Positions 37,977-51,732 of a DNA stretch of 64,000 nt are shown one piece after another. A program made the translations under genes and the position numbers. Within the stretch, counting starts at the first letter, position 1. Each line of letters begins with the position of its first letter. Origin of the DNA: Octopus sinensis (lineage: Eukaryota); NCBI RefSeq assembly GCF_006345805.1, contig NC_042999.1, positions 29,016,001 to 29,080,000 of the forward strand, written 5' to 3'. The notes below the pieces were generated by a model. That model was not told where the DNA came from and did no database searches. It saw only the letters and a list, made by a program, of their open reading frames with translations.

Positions 37977-40593
37977 CAAATTATTATTAATGCATCGCAT
38001 GCTGACCTTTATAGTTGCCACCACTTCAAAATGTATAAATTAATGATCAATGACTTGTATTTTTACTCTTGTATTTTAACATTTCTCGAATATTGTCTAG
38101 TTTCTATGAAACTACACCTCAAAATATTCGCTGTGTAATGTCCGAAGTTTGGTACTTCAGGAGAGAACGAGTAAAAACAATTATTATGTTTCACCTAACA
38201 TTTACGACGCTAAATCATCTGCACAAGCTAAATGTTTTCACAAACATCACACAGGCATCTTCGTTTACGAGACAATAACTTCCTACGCTGAATTGAGTGA
38301 GAATACACATTCACTTCGGTTTTATATTTCCCTTGAAAATGTAGGTAATATTTGTCTACTAGTTATTGACTTTACTTACGTATTTTCCTGACGGGGCGGG
38401 AATGAGCATTTAGAGGTCTCACAATTCCTTAGCATTAAGGAACAAATTGGGGATACAAAACAAAGATACTAACTGTTTATAATCATTTTTATCTAGAGTA
38501 AAACGCGTGATGTCAGAATTGAAATCGTTAACTATAAACTGAATGTAGGAGGTTTTATAGACACACGCGCAGATTTCCATAATTTATGGAAGACATTATA
38601 GTATTTCTCATTTTACAAATTTGTACATGTATTCCAACAGGGTTTCTCAATTATGACTGTTTATAACTTGTTGGAAACAAGGAAAACAGCCTCAAAACCA
38701 AACAAAATGCCTTATAGTCGACATAAATTTTGCATTCCACTAAAGCAGCAAATAATATATTTTAAAGCACATGAAATTCGGAGAAATACATTCTGCAATC
38801 GATGTTCTGTATAGGGCACCATATAAGCATCTGCCGGTGAATCAAATAAGTCTTTGTTCTGTTGCTGGTATTGTCAACTAAATGAAGTTGTTAAAGCAGG
38901 ATGTAGTTATGTAGCTCATTAAAGTATTTTTCATCAACCATCTTTATTTCTGACTTTCAAAAATAAACTCGGCCACTGACAATGTAAATGGAAAGAATTC
39001 TTTTGAACATAAACGTACAAGATAAGTTCAAGAGGTACCAAAGTGAACCGAACAAATAAATTCTTCCTTAAAATAGGAATATTAATAGTGTAAACAATTT
39101 AGTCTTACGAGGGCTTATTTCAAATTTAAATCTACTTCATAATATTTATCGATTTATGTAATTCATATAACAGAAACTATCGAAAACACCTTCTCTTCCT
39201 TCTAATTCAGTAACTGTAGGCTATAACTAACAGTTTTAGAAATGACATTTTTACAACCTACCCGAGCAAATGAGAACTTTTGTATGTTGTTAAATAGCAA
39301 AATCACTGCTGAAGTTTATAATAGAAATGGTATACAGAAAAGTGTGCCAGAGACGGTAGAATTGCTTAGCAAAAGACTGGGTTAATGATATAATTAATGT
39401 TAAGGTGTATAGTATATTTTACATTCCATCAGAATAGTTTCCGCCTATGATTTATTTGCTCGTGATTTTATCCATCTAATACTATAATCCATGTACTATA
39501 AATTCAGCCCATGAAGATGTTTCATGATTTCAAGGGGATGTGTCGGGCGAGGTAAAAAAATTTGGATGAATATATCTATATTTCAATACCGTTTGGAAGA
39601 ATTCGTTTTAAAGTTATGCGTGGAGAAGTTATTTGCTGAGATTAATTTCATCAGCTTCTTATACCGAAGCACAATACTGCGAGAAAAAAAATGTCTATGA
39701 AAAGAACACATGTATGTTCTCTAAAGTCGCCTGCTCACAACTAGTATTTCGTGTCCATTATTGATGATTACAACTGCTGGAAAATTAAATTGAGGTATAA
39801 TTCAAGAGAGTTTAAGATAAGATTTAATTCATTTAAATTTTCTAGTGAGAAATGAGTCAGAGATAGCAGTCTACAAAATATTAAAAGCAATAACAGCAGC
39901 AGGCAAATTCTACCGTCTCTGGTGGAAATGTAAGAATTTCTATTGTTATTATAATAGCATGAAATTATCAGAGCAAAATTTGAGTGGTTTCTATTGAATA
40001 TACTGTTATCTATTTCAGTTCTTCAAATATATTTCTCCGTTGCTATATTTTAATCATCATCGTATTTCACAATATCTTCTGTCTGGAGAACAATTTAAAA
40101 GCAATTTAAAGAAGTTTGAATTCACCTAGCGTCTCAGAATAGTTTTGCTAACTGTAGAAGAAAATTCTCGGAACGAAAAGCAGGTTTTCAAAATATATGA
40201 TGTAGTAATGTATGATTTATGAATATAAAACACCTCTAAACTGAAAATTGTAATGCTCTTACATTTAGCAAATATGATTGGGAAATGTAACATGCACGAT
40301 GAAAATATATTTGGTGGATTTCATATGCCGTGATTAATGATTTAATGATGATGAGAATGTGGTTGTCGTTTGTGGTAGTGGTGGTGTTGGTTGTGACAAC
40401 GACGATGACGAAGACGATGACGATTATGATGATGATGAAGGTGACTACGATTAAGATGATGAATAATTCTTCCTTACAGTAAAATGTATATTATATTATT
40501 GCTTATAAAGTCCTTAAGACCACTATATTTGATTTCACTTTATAACATTCGAGATATATACATTTTTCTTTTATTCTTTTATATATACATATA

Positions 40594-40826
40594 TATTTCT
40601 TTACTACCCACATGGGGCTAAACACAGAGGGGACAAACAAAGACAGACAAAGGGGTTAAATCGATTACATCGACCCCAGTGCGTAACTGGTACTTAATTT
40701 ATCGACCCCGAAAGGATGAAAGGCAAAGTCGACCTCGGCGGAATTTGAACCCAGAACGTAACGGCAGACGAAATACGGCTACGCATTTCGCCCGGTGTGC
40801 TAACGTTTCTGCTAGCTCGCCGCCTT
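40594..40826 (-). mobile_element. SINE family B with Deu/Nin-like domain
   Basis: GGCGGCGAGCTAGCAGAAACGTTAGCAC head, GGGTTCAAATTCCGCC B-box-like, and GCCTTTCATCCTTTCGGGGTCGATAAATTAAGTACC (Deu/Nin-domain-like, from recall). Confidence 0.8.
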
Positions 40827-41731
40827 CTTTTATATATACATATACATACACAGTTTGTCCATTCTACGTACACACGCGCGCACGCGTGCACACACATGCA
40901 TTATATATATGTGTGTGTGTGTGTCTGTGTGGGTATGCGTGTGTGTATGTGTGTATGTATATATAATGTGTATTTGAGTTCGAAATTGAAACACTCCTGC
41001 CTTTATCATCTGTGTTTCATGATCTAAGCAAATTTGTACAAGATCAGCGATCGATAATAGTGTAAAGAAAGTTGTCATGTAGTTTATTAAATGCAGATAA
41101 TAAAGAATCCATGATATTGACCGCCACATGTGTTTACGTTCTCTGTTTGTCACGAAAGTAATTTATTCGATGCTTTTGCATGAAACTACGTCAATCACAG
41201 CTCAGCCGAGCATGTAATATCTCCTGTAATATCAAATTTACGGCAGATACTTACAACAAATGCACTGTAATAATCGTGTCGAGAGGATATCTAGAACCTA
41301 CTCAAAACATGTTATAATTCTCTCATACATAACTGTTAAGATACATTTCTCCTTGCTGAGTTATAATAATATATTGTACGTGGAGATCAAACATGCATTT
41401 ACCATCCATTCACCCAGCATTGCTTTCGTACCATTCGCACCATTTGCCGATATTCGAAGAAGTGTAGCAGTGATATTGTAAATATTTGGCTTACTTCAAT
41501 AACGCTCACCTATTACTCTTAATGTCCAACGATAATATAAGCTGGTAAATTGCCATTTCAGTGAAAAACCACAAAGGAATTGATCATGGCTTATTGATAT
41601 CCTTAATGAATTATGACCATGGTGACGATCAGTTCTGTAGAAAATTTGTTCCACGTGTATAATTATTTGTATTAATAGACATCAGGAAAGAACTACACTA
41701 TCGCTCACACTGGTAAATTATTGAACCTCCC

Positions 41732-41944
41732 TTAACTCTTAAGCATTTCAACCGGCCATTTTTGGCTCAAATATTACACACTTTTATCTTGAAACCATCC
41801 CGATCCGGACTACCACATCTAACTTTCAATGACATTCTAAAATTCGAAAATCACATTTTCAAAATCATGAAGCTACAAGCTAATGCATGGTTAATTCAGA
41901 TAAGAAATACATTTGATCGAGTAATCTAAATGGTAAAGAGTTAA
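41732..41944. mobile_element. piggyBac-like MITE
   Basis: TTAA at both ends and imperfect TIRs (TTAACTCTTAAGCATTT versus TTAACTCTTTACCATTT on the opposite strand); 213 bp, non-coding. Confidence 0.7.
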
Positions 41945-41999
41945 ACCACACTTCTTTACGTCAAGACATGGGAAACATATGCCTCACTTAATGTGGTCC

Positions 42000-42045
42000 T
42001 GAGAACAAGCTGCTCAACTAAGGTGGGCTGGTCGTGAATCATAGC
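42000..42045 (+). mobile_element. Possible RTE-type LINE micro-fragment
   Basis: Translates AQLRWAGR, similar to the QLRWAGH motif of RTE ORF C-termini. Very short, so weak evidence. Confidence 0.3.
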
Positions 42046-42135
42046 TTCTGTTCATTAGTCAAGAATGTCCAGCAACAACAACAGCAAATACATCACATCT
42101 GTGAGGCAAAATAAATCGGTGAGATCACAGAATCG

Positions 42136-42330
42136 CTAGCACGTCGGGCAATATGCTTAGCAGCATTTCGTCCCATTTTCAAGCCCCGCGTTCAAATTCT
42201 ATTAGAGCCGACTTTGACTTTTATCCTATCGGAGCAGATAAAATAAGTACCAGTTTACCACTGGTGTCAACTTATCCCTCCGCCGAAATTGATATTAGTG
42301 TGCAGATTTTGAAACCAATATGTCATGAAA
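42136..42330 (+). mobile_element. SINE family B, diverged
   Basis: TAGCACGTCGGGCAATATGCTTAGC...GTTCAAATTC...CTTTTATCCTATCGGAGCAGATAAAATAAGTACCAG. Confidence 0.6.
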
Positions 42331-43565
42331 TCAGAATTCTAGAATCATACCATACTACAAGCCATCAGCCTTAATGCAGATTGCTTGCCAAGAAAACAAA
42401 GCAGAAAATGAATATCGCGATGTTCAGAGTAACTTGTGGAATATTGAATGTTTTTTGCATTAGAACAATATGACAATTCCAAACAGAGCAAGTGGAATTC
42501 CTTCTGTTATCTTAGTTGGAACCGTAATAAAAAGGTTATGCCTTTGAAGTATGGCTATGTTGGGCTTCTAAGCACGTGACTTAATTTGAATAAAGAAATC
42601 TTAACATCGTGAAAAATACATCGTTCCTCGTTTCAATAATTCATGGATAACTTGACTGTCACTTCAAGGCACAAATGCATTTCCAATAAATAAATGAATA
42701 ATCAATAAAAATAAAACGGTAAAACTAAAATCTTACCATTAGTTTTCTTTGAGTCATCATTTCTAATTTCTAATCCCATTTACATAATTTAATGCTAATT
42801 AAAGATGTATTTTTGGGAAATATTAAAGATTCTCAGTTATAATCATTTCATACATTTTTTGCAAATATTGTGAAACACAGCGTAATTTTTGGTTATGTAT
42901 CAGCATGATAATAATTTGTATTAATAATTATTACTCTCTATGATAAATTCTATTTTTAATGAATCAAGACGAATATTAATTAAATGGATTCAAGAATCTA
43001 AGGCTTTTCGGCATTTATTTCCTTAAAATATTCCTTCGTTACAAATGAATATCATTAAATACAGAGTTATTCCCTTATCATCATAAGCACAGCCATATAT
43101 CGTGTATGCATAGGCCTCGGCTTTGCAATCAGTGTCAATCGGTGTTCCACTTTAAGACTGCACGTATTTAGAGATTTTTATACACATATCATTAAATACT
43201 AGATATTAGGAAATGATATACGCACGAATACAAGAATTCGTTCTTAACAGTAATATATGCGTGTTTGCGAGCGTATACACATGTATGTAATCAGAAATGA
43301 AACGCACACATATATATATTATTATTATACATACATATATATATATATACACAGACGACAGAGAAACAAACAGACACAAAAATAGGTAGATAGAAAGATA
43401 GATACGTATGTGTGTACCTAAATTTATGCGTAATTCAAGATATATATGCATATCATTTTTGTCTTTCCCACTTGCTTTTTATATATTCATATGTATGCAT
43501 ATATGCGATTATACATACGCACGTAATTATGATATAAGTGTATACAGGAATATACTTATAATATA

Positions 43566-43596
<31 letters not shown>

Positions 43597-43645
43597 CAAC
43601 CATGTATATATTTATATACATGTATGAATATATATATATATATTA

Positions 43646-44020
43646 GGCGTAGGAATGACTGTGTGGCAAGTAGCTTGCTTACCAACTACATTGTTCCGTG
43701 TTCAGTCCCACTGCGTATCACCTAGGGCAAGTGTCTTCTACTATAGCTTCGGCAATAGTAGGCGGAAAGTGTAACAAGCCTATCGTATATACACATATAT
43801 GTGTTTGTGTGTGCGTGGGTCTGTTCGTCACTAGACATCGCTTGATAACCGATGCCGGTGTGTTTACATCCCCGTAAATTAGCAGTTCGGCAAAAAGAAA
43901 TCCGATTGAATACGTACTAAGCTTGTAAAGAATAAGTCCTGGGATCGATTTCGTCGACTAAAGACAATGCCCCAGCATGGCCGCGTTGACATGACTGAAG
44001 CAAACGAATAAAACAATAAA
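43646..44020 (+). mobile_element. SINE family A, diverged
   Basis: GGCGTAGGAATGACTGTGTGGCAAGTAGC head, CTAGGGCAAGTGTCTTC, and CAGCATGGCCGC...GACTGAAGCAAAC tail. Confidence 0.8.
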
Positions 44021-44038
44021 TATTCACACACATATATA

Positions 44039-44105
<67 letters not shown>

Positions 44106-44159
44106 CATATATATCAATAATAAATCTCTGAACGAGGTATAGACAGTACCTGCACGATA

Positions 44160-44590
44160 ATGTGAAGTATATTTGCCAACTAAATATGGCTAACCACTAA
44201 AGGTGGGTGTTACTGTAGCTTGTAGGCCCAGGGGAACATCTTCTCCAGCTGGCTATTGACACACTATCTGCGTCCTATAGGTATTTGCAAAGGGAGGTCA
44301 TCCTTCCCTCGTCAACCTAAGTGATACGCATGGACTGCAGTTTCTGTGTATTCACCCGTCATCAAAACCGGTGATTGTCGTGCTCTGATGACGGGTCAAT
44401 ACCCAGAAACTGCAGTTCTTACGTATCACTTAGGTTGACAAGGGAATGATGACCTCCCTTTGTAAATACCGATAGGGCACAGAAAGTGTGTCAATAGCCA
44501 GCTGGAGAAGAAGTTCCCCTGGACCTACAAGCTACGGTAACATCCACCTTTAGTGGTTAGCCATATTGAGGTGGCGAATATACTTCACAT
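44160..44590. repeat. Long palindrome / foldback element (about 205-bp arms, about 20-bp spacer)
   Basis: The left arm ATGTGAAGTATATTTGCCAAC...CCCGTCATCA is the reverse complement of the right arm TGATGACGGG...GGCGAATATACTTCACAT, at roughly 90% identity by eye. Confidence 0.9.
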
Positions 44591-44665
44591 ATAAATATAT
44601 ATATATATTATATATATATATATATATAATATATATATATTATATTATATATATATACATATACG

Positions 44666-44758
<93 letters not shown>

Positions 44759-46002
44759 TATATACATGCATATACATATACATATACATATGCCTATATA
44801 CATACATGCATGCATTTGCATAAGAGTGGTAGTGGGAAAGTTTGGAGAATAGAATGTAAAAACCTATTAAAGTAATATGCGGTAGCGATGTGTTGAACGT
44901 TAAATTGAAGATATCTCTGAGAGAAAACGATAAACGAAAAGATATGTATTTACGCCTACGCATATCTATAGAGAAAGATGCGTATGATTTTGTATTGCGT
45001 TGTTATGATACGTTCTTATATTTTCCTAGGAGCGCTTACAAAACCTTGTTACTATGGTGCTTAATATTGATTTATAATGATCCCTGTATAGGTGAGAAAT
45101 GCTTTCCATTTCATGATGTCTCTCATACACGATTCATACTCAAATTCAAAAAGATTACTATTTGTTCTTTGATTTTGCATTTTTAAACATTCACTGATCA
45201 TATAAAAAATAACAGAACACTTTCGCCGCAGATCATATTAACTTCAATGAATCTACAATGTAGGATATTCGTTTGATTGTTCGATATAACATATTGCGAT
45301 TAAATATATGCTTTTTCTTTTAACATCTAATTTTTATTATGCGAGATATAACTACCACTTATAGAATCGGTTTTAGCTCGTGTGCTTGCTATTCTCTCTT
45401 TCTCCCACTCTCTCTCTCTCTCTCCCTCTCTCTTTTTCTTTGTCTCTCTCGCTTATTATATCAGCTTTCCCCCACTCCTTTTGGTTTTGCAAACTACTTT
45501 CTCAGTTTACCTCTAACTTTTTGCTCAATTATATATGTAACCGACTTTCTTCCTGATCCCTTTGCTATTAGATTCTATAAGATCATCGTCCTTCTATTAC
45601 CATTACAGCTGTTCTTTGAGCAAGCATACCATGGAGCAACATGGATCGAAAGGAAGAGATTTTTTATTATGTTTAACTTTTAGAAGTCATAACTATCAAA
45701 TTGCCACTATACCATAGCAGATTTCCTTAGTAAATGTGCATGTTGGGTTAACGAAAAACAGTCCTTGAAAACAATCAAATGGCGAATAGATTCATATCTA
45801 TATATCTATATGTCCATATATGTATGTATGTGTGCGTGTGCGCGCACGTTTAAGTTATACAGAAAATTCTCTTTGTGGGTGTGGGCGCAAGTGACTCGCT
45901 ATGCACATGCGTATGATATATATGCATGCATGTGTATATATATATATATATGTATATATATGTATGTCTGTACACACACACACATACATACACATATATA
46001 TA

Positions 46003-46046
<44 letters not shown>

Positions 46047-47619
46047 TATGTATATATATATATATATATAGATATACACATAGACACGTAGGACACACAC
46101 ACACACTCACGCATATATATGGAAAGAAGGGATGTATTTCCATGCAGGAAAAATATGGGAGATTTTATTTTTCAAAATGCACCTGAATTTGAAAAACTTG
46201 TTTTGAAATACATTTATTTACATACATACCAGATTACTTTCCACGATGTTTTGTTTATCAATGGTACAAATGTATATGAAACAATCAGATTTCAACAGAA
46301 TTTTAAATTACGAAATAGAAAACATGTTGAAATGTTCACAATATTCAATGATAGGGGTAGACAATATCAAAAATCATCGGCAAAGAATATAAAAAATGTG
46401 CATTGCTAAAAGTTCAGTCATATTGAGTTATTATAGAATGCATGGACAAGAGAGAGAGAGAGAGAGAGAAAGAAGTAAAGAAGAGAGTAACAAAAATGTT
46501 TTTCTACAGTTTCTCTCGCCTTCTGTGTACCTCTTTTTTCCGTCGCGTACAGGGCGTCTTGCTTTTAACGAAGTATTTCGCGATAAGAGTATATCGTGTG
46601 TATATAAATGTTATCCCGTCAACGGATGTAATTTTTGATTCGCTACAATTTATATGACGCGTATGTTATTCGTCAAAAAATAGATCTTGTTTTGACATTG
46701 GTATTTTGGTAGGTTGTTGGGTTCATTCCCAGTACATAGGAATAGGTTTTAATTGGTAGTAGTTTTATTGACGTCACATTATTTTGATGAAGTACCTGTT
46801 TTTCTATTTTGGTCAGGTTTCGTGTTCTGCTTCGTTGAGTTACCTGCATAGAATGGTCAGCAACCGTTCCGGTTGGTGGACTCTCGTAAAGGTCACTTTG
46901 TTATTTTCCTCAGTGTCCGGCTCTGAGTGAAGGTTAAAATTTATATACATAAAAACGCTATATTGAACCACTGAACACAAAACACATTTTTTTCTTTTCA
47001 TTTTTTCACTATTAATTTTCCTTTATTCCTTTCGGTCGAAGACCATTGTCTCGAAACGAATAATATTTTTTGCATTTGTCTCGAACGTCAAACTAAAACA
47101 TCTTGTTGATCTTACACCTGTCTGCGTCTTTGTTTAAGGACTATAATTAAACCTGGGTCATTAAACAGTCGCAAAGAAGTTTTATCTAAATTTGTCCGTT
47201 TCATGATTAAATTTCCCTGTTTGCTGATTAGAATGGGGGGGGGGGGCAGTAAGGGGTGTTTTATCTTACGGTGCAAGTGGGACAATCGTCTTCATTTTGT
47301 TTTTCATATAATCATATATAAGTGAGAATTTGAAAAGATGTGTAATACTTGCAAATGTGTGTGTATAGCTGTTACTATTGTAGAATTAATTTCACTTAAA
47401 GTATGCCTGAGTATTAACATATGTGAAAACATACGTCTTTATAAATATGGACATATGTAGAGATCTGTGTGCACGTGAATATTTGATGTGTGTTATGATC
47501 GTCCAAGTTTTGTTATATTATGATATATATGGATGTGAATGAAGGCATACTTAGATATATTAATTTATATTACGGTTCTAGTTGAATGTAGGTTATTATA
47601 TGTGCATAATGTAATATGA

Positions 47620-47699
<80 letters not shown>

Positions 47700-47704
<5 letters not shown>

Positions 47705-49060
47705 GAACAATCTTACTTAGAAATGGATGCGTGCGTTCCGTCATATAATAAATTAATAAATAAAACATACGCATATATACATACATATATGTACGTACCT
47801 ACCTCTACATGTATATATACATGCATATATGGGTACAGGGCACCAAAAAAAACGTCGAACACAATGAGAAACGAAAACATAAACACAAAACCAAGAAAGT
47901 GGACATATTTTTTAAACAACGAAAAAATAGAGTACAGGACAAATAACACAGGGAAAATTCCCTTTCTTCAGTCGCCATACTTTCATCTACTCTGCGTTTC
48001 GAAGGTGAAGGCGATACGCATCTTCCATTGAAACTTACCTTCCCGCGAAAAGCAAATTAAATAAAATTTGAGATCTTTTTGCGGAGGAGTAAAAATGGTA
48101 AGAAAAACAGTGCAGTAACGACAGTACAAAATATAAACAGTAAAAGACAGGACAAGGAGAATAACAAGACAAGAAGGGCTGTTAAGCCGAACGAGAAAAA
48201 AGTATTACGAACGCTATTTTTGAGAACGGCGAAGGAGCAACCGGAAATGCCGTCTACACCTGAAGGGAACCAGGTCAGAAAGACAGTAGCAGAGCTCTCG
48301 TCGCGGGTCAATGACGGGAGGGAGGAGGAGGAGCAAGAGAAAGGGAGAGAAAAAAGGGAATGGTTGTAGAGAAAACCAGAAAGAATGAAGAATGAGAGAG
48401 AGATATAGGGAGAGACAGTTAGGTAGAAAAAAAGAAAACCCGAAAGAATGGAGGCTGAGAAAGTGAGGGGGACGGAAATGTTAAGGGTGCGCATCATTAT
48501 TAATATTAAGAAGAATCTTACTTAGAAATGGATGCGTACCTTCCGTCATATAATAAATTATTAAATAAAACATGTGCATATATACATGCATATATGTTCT
48601 ACCTACCTCTACATGTACATATACATGAATATTTGGGTACAGGACGCCAAAAAAAAATTAACGTCGAAAAAAATGAGAAACGAAAACATAAACACAAGAC
48701 CAAGGAACTAGACATTTTTCTTAAATAACGAAAAAATAGAGTACAGGAGAAATAACACAAGGAAATCCGCGGGATGGAAAGTTTCAATCGAAGGTGCGTA
48801 TCGTCTTCACCTTTGAAACTCAGTGTAGATGAAACCACGGCGACTGAAGAAAGGGAATTTTCCGTCTGTTATTTGTCCTGGACTCTATTTTTTCGTTGTT
48901 TAAGAAAAATATCCAGTTCCTTGGTTTTGTGTTTATGTTTTCGTTTTTCATTGTGTTCGACGTTTTTTATTTGGTGTCCTGTACCCATAGATGCATGTAT
49001 ATATACATGTAGAGGTAGGTACGTATATATATATGTATGTATATATGCATATATTTTATA
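47700..49060. repeat. Composite repeat: direct copies A (47700-48047) and B (48505-48766) plus inverted copy C (48767-49060)
   Basis: All three share TACCTACCTCTACATGTA...AACGTCGAA...AACGAAAAAATAGAGT.CAGG. The arrangement resembles Penelope pseudo-LTRs. Confidence 0.85.
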
Positions 49061-49710
49061 TACTAATTTAGGTATATATGCATATATATATGTATATATT
49101 TGTGAGATTCTGTAAATGTATATAAAGGTATAACCTAGTAAGCGTGCGCTTTTGATAAGTACACATTATTATATATGTATCATTTAGTGCATACTTTGAT
49201 AAAAAAACATTTTTGTACTTATTTTTCATACTTATTAGTTCTATTTTATTCACTTTATTTTTGTTAATCTAATTTATGCTAAGTTTTAACTACGTAAATA
49301 TATAAACACATACACACATATGTATGTATGTATAAATGTATGTATGCATGTATATACATATATATAAATACTATAATATTATTTAAACATTACTTTGTAA
49401 TTACTTAATTATTACCGCCCCTTAAAAATTAACTAGAATTTTTTTTGAAAATACAAGAGACCTTACCACATTAATAATGTTAGCTGCATTTATAAGTAAA
49501 ACTTCTTTTTTCCCGTTAGATCAATTTAATTAGATTATACACGAATTCTATCAAATTTAAATATATATTTAACAGATCAAATACTTTTACTTTACGTGAC
49601 CCATAACGATATATTTTTTAGAGGTGATTGTACAATTTTGAGTGTGTATGTATTATCCATGTATTCGTACTCGGTTACGTATCTGTGCGTGCATACAGGC
49701 ATATACTTAC

Positions 49711-49756
<46 letters not shown>

Positions 49757-49948
49757 TATATGCTTGCATATAGGTTCACATGCTTAATATGATGAAATTT
49801 GCGTTATGTATGTGTTGACGTGTGTGTGTTTGTGTAGTTGCTCTGTGTTTGCTTCTATATGTATATAAATATATGTATATTTATGTGTACATATATATAT
49901 ATAATATATATATATATATATTATATATATATATATAAATTTGCATAA

Positions 49949-49995
<47 letters not shown>

Positions 49996-50220
49996 GCATA
50001 TATATGTGTGTTCATCTATATATATACATATATACGAGTGATTTTTTATATGTATTCATTTACGTGAAATTTCGCACAGAGATGAATCTACATGTATGTA
50101 TTCATATGTGCATACATATTCGTATGTATTGTTTGTGCGTATATATATATATAACTTGCATCATATTTCATATATTAGGGCTTTCGCCCATTCTGGTGGG
50201 GTTTTCAAAGTGAACTACGT

Positions 50221-50690
50221 TCTTGTGGAAAAGTTTTGACCATTTTATAGTGTCATTGTGAGTGTGGTGGCGGGAAGGGATATAAATATAGCACAAGAGG
50301 GTGATGAATGGTGAGAATGTGAGAGAGAGAGCATGTGTGTGCATGTGTGTGGTTGTGTGTGTGTCTGCGTTTTTGTATCTGAAAGATTTGTTAAAGAAAA
50401 AGAAGGAAAGGAAGAAAATGGTGAGAGGGAAGAAGAAAAAATTGTTTTGCTGTTTTGTTTTCGTAGTTGGCCAGGATGTTTACTCTAAGGGGGATCTTGT
50501 GGAAATTGTTTTGACCATTTTATAGTGTAATTGAGTGTTTAGTGCTTGCGAGGCATATAAGATATTACAAGAGGGTGATGAATGGGGAGAAAGTGAGAGA
50601 GAGCATATGTGTGTGTGCGTGTGTATGTGTTTGTATCTGAAAGATGTGTTAAAGAAAAAGACGGCAAGAAGGAAGAGAGAGAGAGAAAGA
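50221..50690 (+). repeat. Tandem duplication, unit about 274 bp
   Basis: TCTTGTGGAAA..GTTTTGACCATTTTATAGTGT...CAAGAGGGTGATGAATGG...TTGTATCTGAAAGAT.TGTTAAAGAAAAAGA occurs at 50221 and again at 50495. Confidence 0.8.
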
Positions 50691-51228
50691 AGACCATAAA
50701 TTGTATTTCCTTTTTATCACTGTCTTGTGAGTGTGTGTCTGTGTGTGTTTATGTGCGCTGTTTTGTGGTTCATGTGTTTGTGTCTTTGTATCTGAAATAG
50801 GTGCTAAGGAGGAATGGTCAATTTGTTAAGAGTAACCAGTCATTGGCTATTAGGAATGGTCAAGTGTGCCACTTTTGTTTATATTTTTGCAACTGTAAAT
50901 GGTTTTTGGTTTTTAGAAATTGGCCATTTCAAGAAAGAATTGTCTTGATTTCTTTTCCTTATTGTTTTGTGAAGGAGTGTGTGTATGTGTGTATGTGTGT
51001 GTGTGTGTTTTTGTGTGTGTACAGGTGCCTGTGAATCTGGAAGGGGTGTCGTTGGAGGAGGGAAGAAAGAAGAAAAAAAGGAAGAGGAAATAACTGTTTT
51101 GATATTTATACCAACATTCAGTTCTTTGAATCCAATGTTTGATTCCTGTGCTTACATGGGATGGAAAAACTTCGTGAAACAATAGCATCCAGAAATTTTG
51201 AACAATAAAAGTTTTAGAGGATGAAGAC

Positions 51229-51441
51229 TTCGAATGAACACACGACACCAGAGTGGACGTACGGAAGTAAACAATAGACGAATACGAACATATAGCCCCG
51301 TTAGGCCAAGACGAAATGTAATGGGTAAATTTCACATCAGTGTTAGCCAATAGAATTCATCGTGGCCTAACAGTCCTAAATGTATGTCTTGTCGATTGTT
51401 TACTTCCGTCCGTCTACTATGGTGATTTTCGTTCATTCGAA
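51229..51441. repeat. Imperfect inverted repeat (MITE-like foldback)
   Basis: Arms of about 90 bp (TTCGAATGAAC...GACG.ACGGAAGTAAACAAT...GTTAGGCCA) at roughly three-quarters identity by eye. Confidence 0.75.
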
Positions 51442-51685
51442 TCCCCAACACTCCATAAATTTTATATTTTTAGAATTTGAGGATGCTGCTGACTTATGTC
51501 GTTTTCCTGTCTTGTCGTTCAAAGAACGAAACAGGGAATAAAATCACAGTCGACAACTGATGAGTGGTTATAGTTCTATTGGTATTTTGCCCCATACTTA
51601 TCCGTTGTGTAATTACGTATTTTTTATTCGTTGGTGATGTCCTGGTCTTAATGTGTATTTTTTAATATATATATATATATATATA

Positions 51686-51732
<47 letters not shown>

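Noticed and set aside
47020-47066. CGAAGACCATTGTCTCGAAAC hairpin as a hammerhead
   Set aside because: The core CUGA is missing, and there is no cleavage triplet between GAAAC and the outer stem.
47955-47975. CTGAAGA-A-AGGGAATTTTCCCT on the minus strand of repeat A (and its counterpart in C) as a hammerhead
   Set aside because: A stem II-like hairpin is present, but neither copy has GAAA after it.
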